20,562 nt of DNA from Chthoniobacteraceae bacterium (GTDB lineage: Bacteria; Verrucomicrobiota; Verrucomicrobiia; Chthoniobacterales; Chthoniobacteraceae), in assembly GCA_040081625.1 (NCBI GenBank), contig JBEBGD010000098.1:1-20562 (forward strand). The letters are read 5' to 3'. Shown in pieces: positions 16,416 to 20,562 of this stretch; position 1 is the stretch's first letter, and each line of letters starts with the position of its first letter. A program made the position numbers and the translations under genes. The notes beneath the pieces were generated by a model. It was not told where the DNA came from and made no database searches. It saw nothing but the letters and a program-made list of their open reading frames with translations.

Positions 16416-17677
16416 GTTGCCTCGACCGCTTCATCTCCCTCGCCATGACAACATCGACCACATCCCGCCGGAGCTTTCTCGCCACCACCGCCATCGGAGT
16501 CGCCGCGCTGCCACTGGCTCGGGCAAGCGGCGGTGCGGATCTGATCGCGAGCATCGAGAAAATCACGGTGCTTCGCGGACGCGATGGCACCGGGCCGACG
16601 TGGTTTCATCCGCGTGCCTGCATGGTGCCGGGCGTGTCTGGTGCGACGGCGTTCATGACGCTCCAGCACATCGCCGGCTCAGATTATTTCGGGCCGGTGC
16701 ATTGGATGACTTCGACTGACCTCGGCCGGACTTGGACGAAGCCACAGCCCGTGCCCGCGTTGGGTCGCGTGAAGCAACCTGATGGCGTCGAGGAAGGCGT
16801 GTGCGACGTGGTGCCGGAGTGGCATGCAAAGACGAGGACTGTGCTCGCACTCGGCCACAACGTCTTCTACTCCGGTCCGGCATTCTCCCGCAATCAACCG
16901 CCCCGCTGGCCTATCTACGCCGTCTGGCGCGAAGGCAAATGGGGACCGCGCCGCAAGCTGGAGTGGAACGATCCGCGCGGGGCATACATCTACTCGAACA
17001 ACTGCGGCCAGCGCGTCGCGCTGCCGAATGGCGACATTCTCCTCTCCTTCACGCACGGCGGCGTGAAGGACAAACCGCGCTCCGTCGCGAGCGTCATTTG
17101 CTCGTTCGATGGCGAGACGCTGGCGGTGAAGCAGGTGGGCGGGGAAATCCCGCACGACAAGGGTCGTGGCTTGCTGGAGCCGTCCCTCACGCAATTCAAG
17201 AATCGCTTCTTCCTCACCATCCGCGCCGAGGACAATCGCGGTTACGTCTGCGCCAGCGACGACGGCCTCCAGTGGACACCGAAGCAGGCGTGGGCGTGGG
17301 ACAACGGCGAGCCGCTCACGATGTCCACCACGCAGCAGCACTGGCTGGCGCACTCGGAAGCACTCTGGCTCGTCTATACGCGCCAGGACGCCAGCAACAC
17401 CAACGTCACCCGCTGGCGTTCGCCGCTCTGGATGGCGCAGGTGGACCCCGCGACGCTCCGCCTCCGCCGCGACACTGAGCGTGTCGTGCTCCCGCTCGTC
17501 GGCGACGGCGTGAAGGCCGCTGACCGCGTCGCCATCATGGGCAACTTTCACACGACCAACGTCAGTTCGAACGAATCCTGGGTGACCGTCGGCGAATGGC
17601 AGCCGAAGAACGGCATCAAAGGCGATCTGCTCCTCGCCCGTATCCGCTGGAGCAAGCCGAATACTCTCGTCAGGTGA
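16412..17677 (+). CDS. Tat-exported BNR/Asp-box (sialidase-like) beta-propeller protein; start may be 16445
   Basis: ATGA overlap at 16412 (alternative ATG at 16445), Tat motif TSRRSFLATT, Asp-boxes STDLGRTW and SDDGLQW, GRGLLEPSL and FLTIRAED. Confidence 0.75.
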   Translation: MSCLDRFISLAMTTSTTSRRSFLATTAIGVAALPLARASGGADLIASIEKITVLRGRDGTGPTWFHPRACMVPGVSGATAFMTLQHIAGSDYFGPVHWMTSTDLGRTWTKPQPVPALGRVKQPDGVEEGVCDVVPEWHAKTRTVLALGHNVFYSGPAFSRNQPPRWPIYAVWREGKWGPRRKLEWNDPRGAYIYSNNCGQRVALPNGDILLSFTHGGVKDKPRSVASVICSFDGETLAVKQVGGEIPHDKGRGLLEPSLTQFKNRFFLTIRAEDNRGYVCASDDGLQWTPKQAWAWDNGEPLTMSTTQQHWLAHSEALWLVYTRQDASNTNVTRWRSPLWMAQVDPATLRLRRDTERVVLPLVGDGVKAADRVAIMGNFHTTNVSSNESWVTVGEWQPKNGIKGDLLLARIRWSKPNTLVR

Positions 17678-17689
17678 ATCGTGTGGCGG

Positions 17690-18865
17690 TCACCACGCCT
17701 GCTCGTAGAGGGCGATGATTTCGGCGGCGGTCGGGATGCGGGGATTGTTGGCGGGGCTGCCGGAGGCGAGGGCGTCGGCGGACATCTTGGCGACTTCGGT
17801 GTCGAAGCGGGCGCGGTCCACGCCGCGGCATTGGCCGAGGCGCGGGAGTTCGAGGGCGGTGTTCAATTCTTCGAGCCAAAGGATGAGCGCGGCGCAGGCG
17901 TCGGCGTCGGGCGTTTCCGATTTCGCGCAGCCGACGGTGCGGGCGATGGTGGCGTAGCGCGCGTGCGCAGAGGCGACGGAGAAGCGCGTGACGGTGGGGA
18001 GCAGGATGGCGTTTGAGAGGCCGTGCGGGAGGTGGAAAACCGCGCCGATGGGACGGCTCATGCCGTGGACGAGGGCGACGCTGCTGTTGGAGAAGGCCAT
18101 GCCGCCGAGCGTGGCGGCGAGCATCATGCCTTCGCGCGCGGCGTGGTTGCCCGGCTCGCTCCAGGCGGTGCGAAGATGACGGGCACACAGCTCGATGCAT
18201 TGCAGCGCGAGCGGGTCGGTGAGGGCGTTGGCCTTGCGCGAGACGTAGGCCTCGATGCCGTGCGTGAGCGTGTCCACGCCGACGGCGGCGGTGAGGCCGC
18301 GCGGCATCGAGAGCGTGAGTTCGTAATCCACCACGGCGGCGAGGGGCAGCAACGGCGCGCTGAGCATCATCATCTTCACATGCCGCCTGGTGTCGGTGAT
18401 GACGGCGACCTTGGTGGCCTCGCTGCCGGTGCCGGCGGTGGTCGGCACGGCGATGAGCGGCAGACCCGCGTGCGCGATTTTGTGCAGGCCCATGAACTCG
18501 GGCAACGGCTGCGGATTCGCGGGGCGGATGGCGATGACTTTCGCGGTGTCAATCGGCGAGCCGCCGCCGACGGCGACGATGGCATCCGCGCGATGCGCAT
18601 TCAGCGCGGCGACTCCGGCGGCGACGTTTTCATCGGTCGGGTCGGCTTGCACGGCATCGAAGACGGCGACGCTCATCCCGGCCTGCGTCAGCAGTTCGAC
18701 AATTTCGCCCGCCACGCCGAGTTGCACGACGCCGGGGTCGGTCACGACCAGCACGCGCGTGCCGCCGAGTTCGCGCACGAGCCCGGCGAGCTGACGCCGG
18801 CAGCCGCCGCCGTGCAGAATCGTGGCGGGGACATCGAAGCGGCGAATGGCGGACTCGTGGAGCAC
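17690..18865 (-). CDS. Iron-containing alcohol dehydrogenase
   Basis: VTDPG, AVGGGSPIDTAK, VPTTAGTGSEAT and metal ligands in DTLTHGIE, LVHGMS and HLPHG. GTG at 18865 gives 391 aa. The longer start at 18961 runs into the REP element. Confidence 0.9.
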   Translation of the reverse strand: MLHESAIRRFDVPATILHGGGCRRQLAGLVRELGGTRVLVVTDPGVVQLGVAGEIVELLTQAGMSVAVFDAVQADPTDENVAAGVAALNAHRADAIVAVGGGSPIDTAKVIAIRPANPQPLPEFMGLHKIAHAGLPLIAVPTTAGTGSEATKVAVITDTRRHVKMMMLSAPLLPLAAVVDYELTLSMPRGLTAAVGVDTLTHGIEAYVSRKANALTDPLALQCIELCARHLRTAWSEPGNHAAREGMMLAATLGGMAFSNSSVALVHGMSRPIGAVFHLPHGLSNAILLPTVTRFSVASAHARYATIARTVGCAKSETPDADACAALILWLEELNTALELPRLGQCRGVDRARFDTEVAKMSADALASGSPANNPRIPTAAEIIALYEQAW

Positions 18866-18887
18866 GGCAATGGAGCGGTTGACCGTT

Positions 18888-18916
18888 CTTGTAACCGCGC
18901 GGACGTGCGCGCGCAA
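18888..18916 (-). promoter_or_regulatory. Putative sigma70-type promoter for the Fe-ADH gene (TTGCGC-N17-TACAAG)
   Basis: On the minus strand, TTGCGC (18916-18911), a 17-nt spacer and TACAAG (18893-18888), immediately downstream of the REP doublet. Confidence 0.3.
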
Positions 18917-18917
18917 T

Positions 18918-18973
18918 GTAGTCCCCGGCTTCAGCCGGCTCAGACGCCCATACCGGCTCAAGCCGGCGACTAC
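18918..18973. repeat. GTAG-type REP doublet in inverted orientation (REPIN-like hairpin)
   Basis: Left arm GTAGTCCCCGGCTTCAGCCGG (18918-18938). The right arm (18953-18973) reads GTAGTCGCCGGCTTGAGCCGG on the minus strand, 19/21 identical, with a 14-nt loop. Each arm has GTAG followed by an internal CCGGCT-NN-AGCCGG palindrome. Confidence 0.8.
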
Positions 18974-19013
18974 TTTCCGCCGCCGTGCCCGGCGCGCCTT
19001 TCCTGAAAACGCT

Positions 19014-20054
19014 TTAGAAGTTGCCCGCGCGCTCCTCGTAATGTGTGGGCTTGTGATGGAGCGGCATCCCGCGTTGCAGCCAGTCGGCGTTCCAGCGAAT
19101 CATCGTGTCGAGATTGATGACCGGGTCGCCGAACAAAGTTTGCGCTTCGCGACAATCGTTGTGCCACGCGGTCGGCTGCTCGCTGCCGGTGAAGATGGGT
19201 TCCTTGCCGAAGATTTCGCCGAAGCGCTGCGCGGCGGCGCGGACGTTCGTGGTCTGCGGCGTGCCGATGTTGATGGCGCGCGCGGGCACGGTGCCCTGGC
19301 CGAGGCAGCGCAGGATGTGCGAGATGGCGTCGCCCTGCCAGATGCAGTTCGCGACGCCGGTGCGGATGTCGATCGGCGTCCCGCTGCGCACCCATTGCGC
19401 GATGTCGCTGAGCACGCCGTAGCGGCAATCAATCGCGTAGTTCAGCCGCGCGAGGCGGCCGGGGCTGTTCGTCTTTTGCGAGAAGAACTGGAAGACGCGC
19501 TCCCGCGCCACGCAGCCGTTGGCATACTCGCCGAGCGGCGTCGGCGGCGTGTCGTCCGGCGTCGCGCCCGCGCCGGCCACGGGCGAGAAGGGATAGACGC
19601 ACAGCGTGGAGAAGGCGACGAAGTGCGTGCCGCGCATCCGTTCGCCGACATACGCGGGCACGACGGCGTTCATCGCCCACGCGAACGGCTCGCCGCCGGT
19701 GACACCAAATTTTTTCCCGGCCATATAGACAATGTTCGCCACTTCCGGCAGTCGCGCCACCGCCTCGCGGTCCAGCAGGTCGCACGCGATGGTCTCGACG
19801 CCTGCGGCTTCGAGCCGGCGCTTCACGTCGGCGTCGGAAAAGCGCGCCACGCCGATGACGCGCTTCTTCGGAGCGGCGCGCGTGGCCATCATCGCGAGTG
19901 TGGGGCCGACTTTGCCGGCGACGCCGAGTATGAGGATGTCGCCGTCGAGCCTGGCGAAATCTTCGACCAGGCCGCGCGTCGGCGTGGAGAGGAATTCTTC
20001 AAGATGCGCCTCGTCGCGAAAGTGGTCGGGCAGTTTGGTGTCTTCGATGGTCAT
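19014..20054 (-). CDS. NAD-dependent epimerase/dehydratase family protein (atypical extended SDR)
   Basis: LEEFLSTP, ILGVAGKVGPTLA, GVARFS, YMAGKKFG, FSTLCVYP, GEYANGC, RLNYAID and NCIWQGDA. ATG 2 nt after the upstream stop. 346 aa. Confidence 0.85.
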   Translation of the reverse strand: MTIEDTKLPDHFRDEAHLEEFLSTPTRGLVEDFARLDGDILILGVAGKVGPTLAMMATRAAPKKRVIGVARFSDADVKRRLEAAGVETIACDLLDREAVARLPEVANIVYMAGKKFGVTGGEPFAWAMNAVVPAYVGERMRGTHFVAFSTLCVYPFSPVAGAGATPDDTPPTPLGEYANGCVARERVFQFFSQKTNSPGRLARLNYAIDCRYGVLSDIAQWVRSGTPIDIRTGVANCIWQGDAISHILRCLGQGTVPARAINIGTPQTTNVRAAAQRFGEIFGKEPIFTGSEQPTAWHNDCREAQTLFGDPVINLDTMIRWNADWLQRGMPLHHKPTHYEERAGNF

Positions 20055-20056
20055 GG

Positions 20057-20562
20057 TCAGGAATTCAGCCAGCGGTCGAGGTTGGCGGCGACAAACTCGT
20101 CGTCGGTGAGATGCGGATACGCGGCGCACACGCGGTCAATCTCCCCGCTCTGGCCGGGCGAGAGGACTTCGTCGCGCTTGAGCGTCCAGATGCCTTCGAG
20201 CAGGCCCTGGCGGCGGAGGATTTCATTCACGCCGGGGATGCTGCCCGCGAATTTGTGCGCGGGGTCGAAGAGCGCGGCGTTCGCGTCGGTGATTTGCGCC
20301 GAGAGCGTGAGCAGTTCGGGTGTGATGGGCTCCGCGCCGTCGGCGACACGCAGCAGGCGCGCGTGCAGTTCCACCGCGCGTTTCGTCCAGCACGCCCACT
20401 GGCCGAGCAGGCCGCCGCGAATGCGCACAGTGCGCGCCGATTCCGCCGGACCAAAACGGAACGGCGTGATGAAGTCGTAGAGGATGCTGTCGTCGTTGCC
20501 CGTGTAGAGCGTGATGGCGTCCTCGCGGCCCGCGTCCGCGAGCGCCCGCGCGACATCGAGCG
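20057..20562 (-). CDS. Dihydrodipicolinate synthase family protein, 5'-truncated by the window
   Basis: The frame stays open to the window edge: LDVARALADAGREDAITLYTGNDDSILYDFITPF...GGLLGQWACWT...DANAALFDPAHKFAGSIPGVNEILRRQGLL...YPHLTDDEFV. This matches the DHDPS-like family that I recall as usually adjacent to this epimerase type. Confidence 0.78.
   Translation of the reverse strand, partial: LDVARALADAGREDAITLYTGNDDSILYDFITPFRFGPAESARTVRIRGGLLGQWACWTKRAVELHARLLRVADGAEPITPELLTLSAQITDANAALFDPAHKFAGSIPGVNEILRRQGLLEGIWTLKRDEVLSPGQSGEIDRVCAAYPHLTDDEFVAANLDRWLNS

Noticed and set aside
1917..17689. All four convergent gaps are multiples of 3 (6, 6, 12, 12 nt)
   Set aside because: Only four cases, noticed post hoc, with no mechanism. 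Compatible with chance.
18023..20480. Plus-strand ORFs 18023-19006 and 18822-20480
   Set aside because: Antisense to the Fe-ADH, epimerase and DHDPS-like genes, with composition typical of GC-rich shadow frames.
1..20562. CRISPR array, tRNA/rRNA, transposase, integrase, prophage or defence genes
   Set aside because: No regularly spaced repeats, RNA gene signatures or such protein motifs were seen, and nearly all sequence is accounted for by metabolic CDSs.

Overview
High-GC (by eye roughly two-thirds G+C), gene-dense bacterial chromosomal segment. The gene content (Tat-exported Gfo/Idh/MocA enzymes, sulfatase, FG-GAP and PQQ-type propellers, few Shine-Dalgarno sites) is typical of PVC-superphylum or Acidobacteria-like organisms; this taxonomy is an inference. 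It holds 16 protein-coding genes, two of them truncated by the window edges. Almost all are carbohydrate, redox or secreted hydrolytic enzymes: a KdgD-like dehydratase plus Gfo/Idh/MocA oxidoreductase, an EF-hand-containing PQQ-like propeller, an SDR, an SthA-like transhydrogenase, a prolyl oligopeptidase, an FG-GAP propeller and a Tat-exported DMFase-large-subunit-like protein. These are followed by a tightly coupled five-gene run of exported enzymes (Tat oxidoreductase, SASA esterase, PQQ/cytochrome c dehydrogenase, atypical sulfatase, BNR/Asp-box protein) and a minus-strand DHDPS-family / epimerase / Fe-ADH cluster. I found no rRNA, tRNA, CRISPR, transposase or phage genes. The most unusual signals are (i) a nested, exactly co-centred inverted-repeat structure across the divergent promoter and both Tat signal sequences (10585-10762), (ii) a sulfatase with about five altered active-site positions, (iii) a GTAG-type REP doublet (REPIN-like) at 18918-18973, (iv) an exported, stand-alone DMFase-like metalloenzyme, and (v) apparent leaderless promoter architecture. 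All functional calls come from motif recognition only; no database searches were run.
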